Shown here: positions 38,439 through 47,473 of the stretch, piece by piece
Layout of the letters: each line of letters begins with the position of its first letter
How positions within the stretch are numbered: the first letter of the stretch is position 1
Assembly: GCA_964342745.1 (NCBI GenBank)
Contig: CAYFFW010000005.1
Location: 1,046-65,045 of the forward strand
Reading direction: 5' to 3'
Length of the DNA stretch: 64,000 bases
Source of the DNA: an uncultured Gammaproteobacteria bacterium
Lineage (GTDB): Bacteria > Pseudomonadota > Gammaproteobacteria > Magnimaribacterales > Magnimaribacteraceae
Notes under the pieces: generated by a model
The model's input: only the letters and a program-made list of their open reading frames with translations
What the model was told of the DNA's origin: nothing
Database searches by the model: none
Made by a program: the position numbers and the translations under genes

Positions 38439-39455
38439 TTAGAGAACTATTTCTGCTATCTCTCTTAGTCTTTCTTTGTCATGAGTGGAAATTAAAAGAG
38501 ATGTTACTGGTGTATCTCTCCAAGCCTCTACTCTCTCTTTAATTCTTTCTTTAGGTCCAACTAAAGAGATCTCATCAGCAAATTTATCGGGAACAGCTAA
38601 AGCTGCTTCAGTTCTTTTTCCTGCTAGGAATAGTTCTTGGATTTTATTTGCTTCACTCTCAAATCCCATTCTTTTCATTAAATCAGTGTGAAAGTTTTTT
38701 TTAGCAGCTCCCATTCCCCCAATATAAAGTGCTAAATTATTCTTTACTGGAATTAATCCTTTTTCTATATCATCGCAAATATTAATTAATACTCCAGCTG
38801 AGATTTCAAACCCTTTGTTAGCATCCTTAATCTGATCGGCATAAACTTCTTGCCTATAAGGAGAGTAGTATAGAGGTAACCAGCCTTCAGCTATTTCAGC
38901 AGTCATAGTTACATTTTTAGGACCTTCTGCACCTAAAAAAATTGGTAAATCAGCTCTTAAGGGATGGGTGATGGATTTTAAGGACTTGCCGAGCCCCCAG
39001 CTTCCTTCACCTATATAAGGAAGAGGGTAATGTTCACCATCATTGCTTACAGGCTCTTCTCTTTTCAATATTTTTTTAATAATCCCTACATATTCTCTAG
39101 TTCTCGAAAGAGGTTTAGAAAAAGGTTGTCCATACCAACCCTCTACTACTTGTGGGCCTGACACTCCTAGCCCAAGAATAACTCTTCCTTTAGTTAAATG
39201 GTCCAAGGTAATAGCTGCCATTGCGGTGGCTGCAGGGGTTCTAGCAGATATTTGTGCAATACCGGTTCCAAGTTTTATTTTAGAAGTGTGAGCTCCAATC
39301 CAAGCTAAAGGTGTAAAAACATCTGAACCCCATGATTCTGCACTCCAAATAGCATCGTATCCTAGGCTCTCAGCCTCTTTTGCTATACCTATAATATCCT
39401 CTGGAGGTTGAGCCCCCCAATAACCCATTTGAATTCCTAGTTTTAAATCTTTCAT
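38439..39455 (-). CDS. luciferase-like monooxygenase (LLM) family oxidoreductase
   Basis: 338 aa. SAESWGSDVFTPLAWIGAHTSKIKLGTGIAQI and GRVILGLGVSGPQVVEGW are typical of the LLM F420-dependent-type subfamily. Confidence 0.8.
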   Translation of the reverse strand: MKDLKLGIQMGYWGAQPPEDIIGIAKEAESLGYDAIWSAESWGSDVFTPLAWIGAHTSKIKLGTGIAQISARTPAATAMAAITLDHLTKGRVILGLGVSGPQVVEGWYGQPFSKPLSRTREYVGIIKKILKREEPVSNDGEHYPLPYIGEGSWGLGKSLKSITHPLRADLPIFLGAEGPKNVTMTAEIAEGWLPLYYSPYRQEVYADQIKDANKGFEISAGVLINICDDIEKGLIPVKNNLALYIGGMGAAKKNFHTDLMKRMGFESEANKIQELFLAGKRTEAALAVPDKFADEISLVGPKERIKERVEAWRDTPVTSLLISTHDKERLREIAEIVL

Positions 39456-39522
39456 TCAATACCTTATTAGTTTAGTTATGACAATTTTAGTATGATGCCA
39501 ACTGATAAAACCAGATTTAATT

Positions 39523-40077
39523 ATGAATCAACTAGGTTACTTACTCCCAGCTCTTATTTTTTTTGGAGTTTTCTTTGCTACAGGAAAAGATTTCTTAAAG
39601 GCCACAACTGCTCTTATGATTGTAGTAACCCTTCAAGTTATATTAGAAAAATATAAGAAAGGATCTGTTGAGAAAAAATTGTTTCTTACTTGGGTTGCCT
39701 TAATGGTCTTTGGTTCTGCTACCTTATTATTTAGAGATCCTTTGTTTTTACAATGGAAGGTTAGTATTATTAATTGGCTTTTTACTGTAATCCTTTTAAC
39801 AAATCAGTTGCTTAAAAGACCTCCAATACTTAAAAGTTTTATGAAGATTGCAGACCCAGAAGGGATACCAAATATCTCAGATAAGGCATGGTTAGATATG
39901 ACTTATTTGTGGGCCTTTGCTTTTTTTAGCATTGGATTAGTTAATTTATACTTTATGTTTTATACAAGTTTGACTACTTGGGTAAATTTTAAATTGTTTG
40001 GTGTTCTAGCAATGACATTGGTGTTTGGTTTATTAAATGCCATTTATTTAATAAGGCTGTCTTCAAAAAGTACTTGA
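39523..40077 (+). CDS. yciB: intracellular septation protein A
   Basis: 184 aa with five TM segments and a YciB/IspZ-like N-terminus (LLPALIFFGVFFATGKDFLKAT). Confidence 0.8.
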   Translation: MNQLGYLLPALIFFGVFFATGKDFLKATTALMIVVTLQVILEKYKKGSVEKKLFLTWVALMVFGSATLLFRDPLFLQWKVSIINWLFTVILLTNQLLKRPPILKSFMKIADPEGIPNISDKAWLDMTYLWAFAFFSIGLVNLYFMFYTSLTTWVNFKLFGVLAMTLVFGLLNAIYLIRLSSKST

Positions 40078-40173
40078 TTTTGGCTTAAAGTAAGTATTTT
40101 TCTTATAAAAGGTTTGCAAACTAAGTCAAAATTAAGCATAGTTTGTAGTGAAATTTTTTAATCTGGTTTTAAG

Positions 40174-40186
40174 GTCACTTTGTGAC
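40174..40186. promoter_or_regulatory. inverted repeat GTCAC-TTT-GTGAC
   Basis: Perfect palindrome 40 nt upstream of the TBDR ATG. Confidence 0.25.
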
Positions 40187-40225
40187 AGTAAATGCCAGGG
40201 TTTTAATTCATTTTTAGGGGGAGAT

Positions 40226-43183
40226 ATGAAATTAAAGTTCCTTATAAACTTAGCTTTTATCTCTATGTTTGGCTTCTCTTCTTTAGCTCTTATGGCTGAA
40301 GATGATGATGAAGAAGACAGAGATAGGGGTGGTATTGAAGAAATCACGGTAACGGCAGAAAAAAGGACCTCGACTGTATCTGATACATCTATGTCCATAA
40401 CTGCTTTTGATTCTAGTTTGATTGAAGATCTTGGATTACAAGGTGCAAACGACTTAATGGATCAACTACCAGCTACTACTCGAGATCCTTATGATGTAAG
40501 GATTCGTGGTGTTGGAAGAAACTTTAGAGCACTTGGTGGTGATCCAGGAGTTGCAACTTACTACAATGGTGTTTACTCACCAGACTTTGGTATAGCTGCT
40601 TCAGAAAACTACTATTATGACGTAGAGCGTATTGAGGTACTTCGTGGTCCTCAGGGTACTCTATATGGAAGAAATTCCATTGGTGGTGCTATTAATTATA
40701 TTACCAAGAAACCAAGTTTTGAAAACGGTGCTGAAGCCAGGATTCTAGCAGGTGATTACAGTAACATTCAGTATTATGGGATGGTTACTGGCCCAATTAC
40801 CGATAAGCTGGCATTCAGGGCTACAGCTGCAAAAATGGATAGAGATGGTACCCAGAAGTGTATTGGAGACTGTCGTGATCCTAGAAGCTTAGATGATTCA
40901 AATGAGGTTTTGACTCTTTTATGGCTGCCCAATGATGATATTGAGTTTCAAATAAGAGCAAATAACCGTCTGGTAGATAACATCATTCCCTCTAGAGTTC
41001 TCTTAGATTCAGGTTATGGTTCTTTAAGAGGCACTCAAGATACTTCCAATATGGTTCGTGGTGTAAGAAGAGCGACAGCTTCAACCCCAGGAGCTATAAG
41101 TTTTACTAATCCTACAACAGGAGAAGTTGGATATGGAGCTCCTTTAAGGGCTGGTGTTGATAATGCGGGCTGGCCAGGAAGATGGAACTCTTACTATGGT
41201 TCTACCTTGAATACTTTGAACACTTTTAATGTTGCTTTAAGTGATAATGAAAACTGTTGGGACTTCCCTTATCAGGGCGGATGTCAATCGAATCATCAGT
41301 ATTTCGAACATGAAGGAATTCAATCACATATAACTTGGCAAATGAATGACAGAACTGAAATTAAATACATTTATGGTTTTGTTGATTTTGACTATACGTT
41401 CAACATTGATTTAGATGGAACTGATGTTAGTTGGGACAAGTATGGAGTTACTGTTCTTGAGGATGTTCACATGAAGACCCATGAGATAACCATAAACTGG
41501 CAGATAGGTGAAGATGTTCTTATGACTTCAGGGTATTTCTATATGGATGAGAATAGAAAACAAAACTACAGTATTAGAAATAGCATTGGGGCAATTAAAA
41601 ATCCTGCTACTTATGGTGCTTATGATATTCCTCAAGCATTTTTAGGAGGAGTATCAACCGCAGCATTACTTGGCGCCACAAACACATGTACAACACCTCA
41701 AGTTGGGTGGGTAGGTTCGGCGCCTAATAACACAACCATCGCTTGTAGATGGGGGGGTGACGCTATGGGGCAGGTTTACCATCATATGAATGATGTACAG
41801 AATGATGCTACTGCTGTTTACACTCAAGGAACTTGGACTATTAATGAAGAGTTCGCTCTAGTAGTTGGTGCAAGATATGCAGAAGATGATAAAACTTGGT
41901 TAGAGCAAAGAGGCGGTTACGCTGAATTGTTTATGAACTTCTCAGGTGGCTGGGATTCAGTTTTAGCTCTTCAACAAGGGCAAGTTGGACCTTATTATGA
42001 ATTGTTAGGTTTTGCCCCTTGGTCAGGAGCAGTTCCTGAGCTAACACCACTAGCTTACGCCAACTTAATTATGGGTAATGCTGTTTACACAGGTGATCCA
42101 AACAACCCTATTGCACCTGTATGTCCGCTTGACCAGCAAGACACATGCGCAACTCCAATGAGATTGTTCCAAGGATTTCCTTACGGATACACTTCTACTA
42201 TTCCTGGTGATGATAAATGGAGTGATACAAACTACAGAGTGAACTTAGACTGGACACCAAACGGTGATCAGTTGTTTTACTTTGGAGTAACTACAGGATA
42301 TAGATCAGGTGGAGTGGCCTTAGGTATATCAGGTTCTAGGGATGAACAAAGAGATGAATTTGGACTTCCAACTGGCGCTGGTATCGAAGCAGTTTCTTAT
42401 GATAAAGAAAGAGTTGATTCTATTGAATTTGGTTATAAAGGAATTCATATGGATGATAAATTACAGCTATTCGCTTCGATCTATCATTATGATTATGATG
42501 GTTATCAAGATGTAGTAACTCAGTACGATCCTCTCAGAGGTGAAACTGCTGAATTCGCTTCAAACGCTGACGGTATTACTAATGAAGGATTTGAGATGGA
42601 GTTTGTTTATCAAGCAAGTGATAGATTAACTTTATCAGGAAACTTAAGTATTACTGAAACTGAATACGGGGAAGATTATTGGGTTATGACTACAGATGAC
42701 CCTATGAATCCACCTCAAATATTTGGAACCTTCACACAAGGAGTGGTAGGTAACTCCGGAACAGGTTCAGATGTTAATGGTGATGGAGTTATTGATGCTT
42801 CAGATTTTCCTTATGCAGAGAATGTGAAAGGAAATCCTCTTAAAGGAATACCTAGAGAGAAAGCAACTGTGAGGGCTACCTATGAAATGGACAGTAGGTG
42901 GGGTCCAATATGGTTATGGTTAAATCACTCTTTTACTGGAGACTTCTCAGCCTCAGGGATACAAAGAGCCTTAGATAGAATTCCTTCTAGGGAAACCACC
43001 AACTTAAGTGGTTCTTGGTGGAGTAGTGATGCAAAAATGTCTGTAAGAGTAGCAGTAAATAATGTCTTTGATAACGACAATATATACAGCATAAGCACTA
43101 CAACAAGTAGTGATAATTACAGCAAATATGGAGGTGCTTTATCTCCAAGAACTTTCTACGTGGATGTACGTTACAAGTTCTAA
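40226..43183 (+). CDS. TonB-dependent receptor
   Basis: Signal peptide, acidic stretch EDDDEEDRD, TonB box IEEITVTAEKR, plug motif [27 protein letters not shown] and C-terminal F. The ATG at 40226 follows GGGGGAG. Confidence 0.9.
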   Translation: MKLKFLINLAFISMFGFSSLALMAEDDDEEDRDRGGIEEITVTAEKRTSTVSDTSMSITAFDSSLIEDLGLQGANDLMDQLPATTRDPYDVRIRGVGRNFRALGGDPGVATYYNGVYSPDFGIAASENYYYDVERIEVLRGPQGTLYGRNSIGGAINYITKKPSFENGAEARILAGDYSNIQYYGMVTGPITDKLAFRATAAKMDRDGTQKCIGDCRDPRSLDDSNEVLTLLWLPNDDIEFQIRANNRLVDNIIPSRVLLDSGYGSLRGTQDTSNMVRGVRRATASTPGAISFTNPTTGEVGYGAPLRAGVDNAGWPGRWNSYYGSTLNTLNTFNVALSDNENCWDFPYQGGCQSNHQYFEHEGIQSHITWQMNDRTEIKYIYGFVDFDYTFNIDLDGTDVSWDKYGVTVLEDVHMKTHEITINWQIGEDVLMTSGYFYMDENRKQNYSIRNSIGAIKNPATYGAYDIPQAFLGGVSTAALLGATNTCTTPQVGWVGSAPNNTTIACRWGGDAMGQVYHHMNDVQNDATAVYTQGTWTINEEFALVVGARYAEDDKTWLEQRGGYAELFMNFSGGWDSVLALQQGQVGPYYELLGFAPWSGAVPELTPLAYANLIMGNAVYTGDPNNPIAPVCPLDQQDTCATPMRLFQGFPYGYTSTIPGDDKWSDTNYRVNLDWTPNGDQLFYFGVTTGYRSGGVALGISGSRDEQRDEFGLPTGAGIEAVSYDKERVDSIEFGYKGIHMDDKLQLFASIYHYDYDGYQDVVTQYDPLRGETAEFASNADGITNEGFEMEFVYQASDRLTLSGNLSITETEYGEDYWVMTTDDPMNPPQIFGTFTQGVVGNSGTGSDVNGDGVIDASDFPYAENVKGNPLKGIPREKATVRATYEMDSRWGPIWLWLNHSFTGDFSASGIQRALDRIPSRETTNLSGSWWSSDAKMSVRVAVNNVFDNDNIYSISTTTSSDNYSKYGGALSPRTFYVDVRYKF

Positions 43184-43203
43184 AAGATAACCACTTTATA
43201 AGA

Positions 43204-43230
43204 ATAGGCCGGTTTCCGGCCTATTTTTAT
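43204..43230 (+). terminator. intrinsic terminator after the TBDR
   Basis: ATAGGCCGG-TTT-CCGGCCTAT followed by a T5 run. Confidence 0.85.
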
Positions 43231-43270
43231 TTAAGTGTATATACTAAAGAAAATTAGTTAGGCATAAAAA

Positions 43271-44122
43271 ATGAAACCTTTATCTATAGCCGCCATTCAA
43301 TTAAATCTTGAGCTTAGAGATAATTATTCATTAATAGAAAAAAAAGCTCGCGAGACTATGCTTAGATACCCGTGGCTTCATATGCTTGTTTTTAGTGAAT
43401 TAGCTGTGGGGGGAGTAGGAGTAAAAGACTCATCTTTTTATCTTTCAGAATATTTAGATCCATTAAAAGTTTTAGCTAAGGAACTAGGTATTTGGTTGAT
43501 ACCTGGCTCTTTTTATGAAAGAACTGATGAAGGTATTTTTAACACATCTCCCGTTATCGATGATCAGGGTAAATTAGTCACAAAATGCAGGAAGCTTTAT
43601 CCATTCTTGCCTTTTGAAAAAGGAGTTACTGCTGGAAATGAAGTTTGTGTTTTTGAATTTCCGGGCTATGGAAAATTAGGTCTACAGATTTGCTATGATT
43701 TGTGGTTTCCAGAAACTTGTAGAGCTATTGCTATGAAAGGAGCGGAAGTGATTCTCCATCCCAGCCTTACTGATACTTGTGATAGAGATGTAGAAAGGGC
43801 CATGGTGAAGGCAACAGCAGCCCAACAACAATGTTATTACGTAGATATTAATGCTGCTGGTGAACAAGGAGTGGGACAATCTTTAATATGTGGTCCTGAT
43901 GGCGAAATTCTTCATGATGCTAATGAAAGCGAAGAGATAATGCTTATAGAGGTAGATTTTAATAGGGTTAGAAGGTGCAGAGAGAGAGGTTTAATGGGCT
44001 TAGGACAGCCTTTAAAAAGTTACAGGGATGACCCAAAGAAGCATTTATCTAATGAGCCTGATAAAGACTACCTTGATAATTTAGGCCCTTTAGATATACC
44101 CTCGAAAGAAAAGACTCCATAA
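43271..44122 (+). CDS. carbon-nitrogen hydrolase (nitrilase/amidase superfamily)
   Basis: E-K-C triad context: FSELAV, CRKLYPF, LQICYDLWFPE. Confidence 0.85.
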   Translation: MKPLSIAAIQLNLELRDNYSLIEKKARETMLRYPWLHMLVFSELAVGGVGVKDSSFYLSEYLDPLKVLAKELGIWLIPGSFYERTDEGIFNTSPVIDDQGKLVTKCRKLYPFLPFEKGVTAGNEVCVFEFPGYGKLGLQICYDLWFPETCRAIAMKGAEVILHPSLTDTCDRDVERAMVKATAAQQQCYYVDINAAGEQGVGQSLICGPDGEILHDANESEEIMLIEVDFNRVRRCRERGLMGLGQPLKSYRDDPKKHLSNEPDKDYLDNLGPLDIPSKEKTP

Positions 44123-44165
44123 TCTTTACGTAAGTTAATATACTATTCCTACAAAGGAGGCAGGG

Positions 44166-44984
44166 GTGAAGAAATTTTTTTACTTATTAATTCTTATCAG
44201 TAGTTTTATTACAGAAATATATGCTGAAAAAGATTTACCTAGGGGGCCACTCGGAAAGCCAGATCTAAATGGTGTCTGGCAAGTCTTAAATTCAGCTAAT
44301 TTTAATTTAGAAGCTCATGCTGCTAGCGCAGCACTTTCTTTGGTTGAAGGACCAGTTGTTCCTATTCCACATCCTAGTATTGTTGCCTTAGGTGCAGTAG
44401 GGTCTGTGCCTGCTGGCATGGGGGTTGTTGAAGGAGGGACTATTCCTTATAAAAAGTGGGCTTTAAATAAGAGAGATGAGAATAAGAAAAAATGGTTAGA
44501 AAGAGATCCAGAAATTAAATGTTACTTGCCTGGAGTGCCTAGGGCTAACTATATGCATTTACCCTTTCAAATTTTTCACAGTGAGAAAGCAGTCTTTTTT
44601 GCATATGAATATGCAGGAGCTGTGAGAAATATATATCTTGAGGATCCTGGTCCAGCGCCAGTTGATTCTTGGATGGGACAATCTTGGGGTTACTGGGATA
44701 AAGATACTTTTGTAGTTGAAGCCTCAGGTTTCAATGATCAAACTTGGTTTGATAGATCAGGTAATTTCCATAGTGAAGAATTAAAGGTTATTGAGAGGTA
44801 CACTTTATTGAATAACCACACAATGAGATACGAAGCTACCATAGAAGATGAAAAAGTTTTTACTAAACCTTGGAAAATAAGCATGACTTTATATAAGAGA
44901 GTTGGAAAGGATGCTCAATTACAACAATTTAAATGCGTTGAATTTGTAGAGGAATTACTTTATGGGCAATGGCGTGCTAAGTAA
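44166..44984 (+). CDS. secreted protein of unknown function (paralog A)
   Basis: Signal peptide ending IYA. It shares the motifs PDLNGVWQ, GYWDKDTFVVEASGF and VIERYT with the next gene. GTG start after AGGAGG. Confidence 0.7.
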   Translation: MKKFFYLLILISSFITEIYAEKDLPRGPLGKPDLNGVWQVLNSANFNLEAHAASAALSLVEGPVVPIPHPSIVALGAVGSVPAGMGVVEGGTIPYKKWALNKRDENKKKWLERDPEIKCYLPGVPRANYMHLPFQIFHSEKAVFFAYEYAGAVRNIYLEDPGPAPVDSWMGQSWGYWDKDTFVVEASGFNDQTWFDRSGNFHSEELKVIERYTLLNNHTMRYEATIEDEKVFTKPWKISMTLYKRVGKDAQLQQFKCVEFVEELLYGQWRAK

Positions 44985-45002
44985 AAAAAGGAGAAACTTA
45001 GA

Positions 45003-45983
45003 ATGAAAGGGTTAAAAGGTTTATTGATACTTGTTTTTATTAATAGCTGTGGTGTTGTTTTATCAGAAGAACAAATGAAAACTTGGTTTGGAGACCCAGA
45101 CTTACAAGGAACTTGGACTAACGCTAGCTTAACTACTTTAGAAAGACCTGATCAATTTAAGAGTTTAGTGGTTAGTGAAGAACAAGCTACAAGAGCTGAA
45201 GTAACCTCTGCTGCTTTTACTGAAGCTATAGACAACCCCTATGAAGAAGGTGAAACGCCAAAAGCAGGTGAAAATGTTGGAGGTTATAACACAGCTTGGA
45301 TGGATCCAGGCACAAAACTATTTAAGATTAATGGAGAATATAGAAGTTCTATTCTTACTTACCCTGAAGATGGAAAACTTCCTAGAAGGTGGGTTAGATG
45401 GGGGGTAGAAGGTCCCAGTATTTATCGTATGTTTTCTCAAGCAAATCATCCCGAGGAAAGGAGTCTAGGTGAAAGGTGTTTAGTGGGGTTCGGTTCAAGC
45501 GGCGGTCCTCCTATGTTAAATGTCTTATATAACAATCACTATCAAATTGTACAATCGCCTGGCTATGTGATGATTCTAGTGGAGATGAATCATGATGCTC
45601 GCATTATCCGTTTAAAAGGAAATCACCTTCCTGATCACATAAGACCCTGGTTAGGAGATTCTGTAGGTCACTGGGAAGGTAATACTTTAGTTGTAAAAAC
45701 CAAGAACCACCATTTGCAACAGCGCTTTAGAGCTGCAATCCGTCATCAAATACTTATTACTGAGGATGCAGAAATAACAGAAAGATTTACAAGGATTTCA
45801 GAAGATGAAATTCTTTATCAATTTGAGGTAGATGACAATGTTGCTTATAAAGATTCTTGGAAAGGCGAGATGCCATTAAGAGAAGCTGAAGGGAAGATCT
45901 ATGAATACGCTTGTCATGAAGGAAATTATGCCATGGCGAATATATTGGCAGGTGCAAGGGAAGAAGAAAGGAGGAATCAATGA
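45003..45983 (+). CDS. secreted or lipid-anchored protein of unknown function (paralog B)
   Basis: Signal peptide with a possible lipobox INSC. Motifs PDLQGTWT, GHWEGNTLVVKTKNH, ITERFT and YEYACHEGNY. Confidence 0.7.
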   Translation: MKGLKGLLILVFINSCGVVLSEEQMKTWFGDPDLQGTWTNASLTTLERPDQFKSLVVSEEQATRAEVTSAAFTEAIDNPYEEGETPKAGENVGGYNTAWMDPGTKLFKINGEYRSSILTYPEDGKLPRRWVRWGVEGPSIYRMFSQANHPEERSLGERCLVGFGSSGGPPMLNVLYNNHYQIVQSPGYVMILVEMNHDARIIRLKGNHLPDHIRPWLGDSVGHWEGNTLVVKTKNHHLQQRFRAAIRHQILITEDAEITERFTRISEDEILYQFEVDDNVAYKDSWKGEMPLREAEGKIYEYACHEGNYAMANILAGAREEERRNQ

Positions 45984-46420
45984 AACTTTATCTTAAATTT
46001 ATAGTTAGCATAAGTTGTTTAATTCTGTTTTCTAAAGTTTTCGCACATCACGCGTTTACAGCTGAATTTGATGCCAATGCTCCAATTAACATTACTGGAA
46101 AAGTTGTCAAGGTGGAGTGGATAAACCCTCATGCTTGGGTGCATGTTGAGGTGGAAGATGATAATGGAAAAACTATTTGGATGGTTGAAGGAGGAACTCC
46201 TAATACTCTTATTAGAAATGGAATTACAAAAAAAACATTAGTACCAGGCACAGTGATAGTAGTTAGAGGATATCAGAGTAAAGGACGTTTATGTTTGCCT
46301 AGATGTATAGCTAACGGAAGAGACGTTACTTTTCCTGACGGGAGCAAGGTATTTATGGGGTCATCTGGTACAGGAGCTCCTAGAGATGGTTCAGATCCAA
46401 GAGAACCTAAAAGGAAGTAG
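45980..46420 (+). CDS. small secreted protein of unknown function (from memory, resembles a DUF6152-type family)
   Basis: Predicted signal-peptide cleavage VFA/HHAF would leave an N-terminal His-His. All-beta-like sequence GKVVKVEWINPHAWVHVEV. Its start overlaps the upstream stop by 4 nt. Confidence 0.7.
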   Translation: MKLYLKFIVSISCLILFSKVFAHHAFTAEFDANAPINITGKVVKVEWINPHAWVHVEVEDDNGKTIWMVEGGTPNTLIRNGITKKTLVPGTVIVVRGYQSKGRLCLPRCIANGRDVTFPDGSKVFMGSSGTGAPRDGSDPREPKRK

Positions 46421-46443
46421 CTCTCTTAAGGCCTATCCTTCAA

Positions 46444-46875
46444 GTGAAAAAAAAATCTTTATTTATAATTTTAATTCTCTCTTTTATCCAAGTGCATGCT
46501 TCGGAATATGAGCACTCTGAGGTTCATGATTTGATGGCTTATATATTAGATCCTGCTGCTGAAGTTATTTGGGATTCGGCAGGTTTTATTATTACGGAAG
46601 AGGGAGAAACTAACTTAGCACCAACTAATCAAGAAGAATGGGATAGAGTTAAACATGCAGCTAAAGTAATCTCTGGAAGTTCTTATTTACTTTCTAGACC
46701 AGAGGTTGTTGCAGATAAGACTCAATGGGTTTCTCTATCAATCGCTTTAAAGGGGGTAGGGGAGAAGCTTTTTGAAGCAGCAGAAAATAAAGATTCTGAG
46801 AGTCTTTTTAAAACAGGTGCCGAGTTATATCAAGTTTGTGTAGCTTGTCATCAAGTCTATTGGATTAAAGACTAG
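46444..46875 (+). CDS. periplasmic class-II-like c-type cytochrome
   Basis: Signal peptide and a single CVACH heme motif 8 residues from the C-terminus (nt 46837-46851). The mature ~125-aa region looks helical. Confidence 0.65.
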   Translation: MKKKSLFIILILSFIQVHASEYEHSEVHDLMAYILDPAAEVIWDSAGFIITEEGETNLAPTNQEEWDRVKHAAKVISGSSYLLSRPEVVADKTQWVSLSIALKGVGEKLFEAAENKDSESLFKTGAELYQVCVACHQVYWIKD

Positions 46876-46903
46876 TAAGAGCTTTATATAGCTAGTTAAG
46901 AAG

Positions 46904-47473
46904 ATGTTAGAAATAGTTATATGGCTGTCTGAAACTAAGTGGAGCATAGCATTAGTTGAGTCTCTTTATCTCTATCCTTGGATTGAGTCAGCACATGTAC
47001 TTTCTATCTGTTTCTTTGTAGGTATATTGATATTCGTTGATTTACGGTTGATGGGGCTAGTGTTTAATAAATTACCTATCTCAGAGATGAATAGGAAAGT
47101 ACTGCCTTGGTCTTTATTTGGATTTGGGTTAATGACTATAACTGGGTTTTTGCTTTTTTACGCAATTCCTATAAGAAGTTATCAAAATATTTTCTTTAGG
47201 ATGAAGATTATCTTGATCGTACTAGCAGGCTTGAATGCCTATTTATTTCATAAACAGATGAAAAATAATGGAGATAAATGGGACGAAAGTAAAAATATTC
47301 CTAAAAGCGTAAAATTTAAAGCTACTGCATCTTTGTGTCTTTGGGCTTTGGTTATAATTTCTGGTCGTATGATTGCATACAATTGGTTTGATTGTGATAG
47401 ACAACCTCAACCAGAGTGGGTTAATTGGGCTGCAGGTTGTGTTGTTGAGTTATCTAATTTTGAGGATTTCTAG
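46904..47473 (+). CDS. integral membrane protein of unknown function (paralog 1)
   Basis: Four hydrophobic helices. Motif PWIESAHVL...VDLRLMGL is shared with the next gene. Confidence 0.65.
   Translation: MLEIVIWLSETKWSIALVESLYLYPWIESAHVLSICFFVGILIFVDLRLMGLVFNKLPISEMNRKVLPWSLFGFGLMTITGFLLFYAIPIRSYQNIFFRMKIILIVLAGLNAYLFHKQMKNNGDKWDESKNIPKSVKFKATASLCLWALVIISGRMIAYNWFDCDRQPQPEWVNWAAGCVVELSNFEDF

Noticed and set aside
40132-40398. 88-aa minus-strand ORF, and the 26-codon upstream extension (40148-40225) of the second TBDR.
   Set aside because: The extension has no signal peptide. The ATG at 40226 follows GGGGGAG and yields a canonical signal peptide. The minus ORF is an acidic/Ser-rich shadow of the receptor N-terminus.
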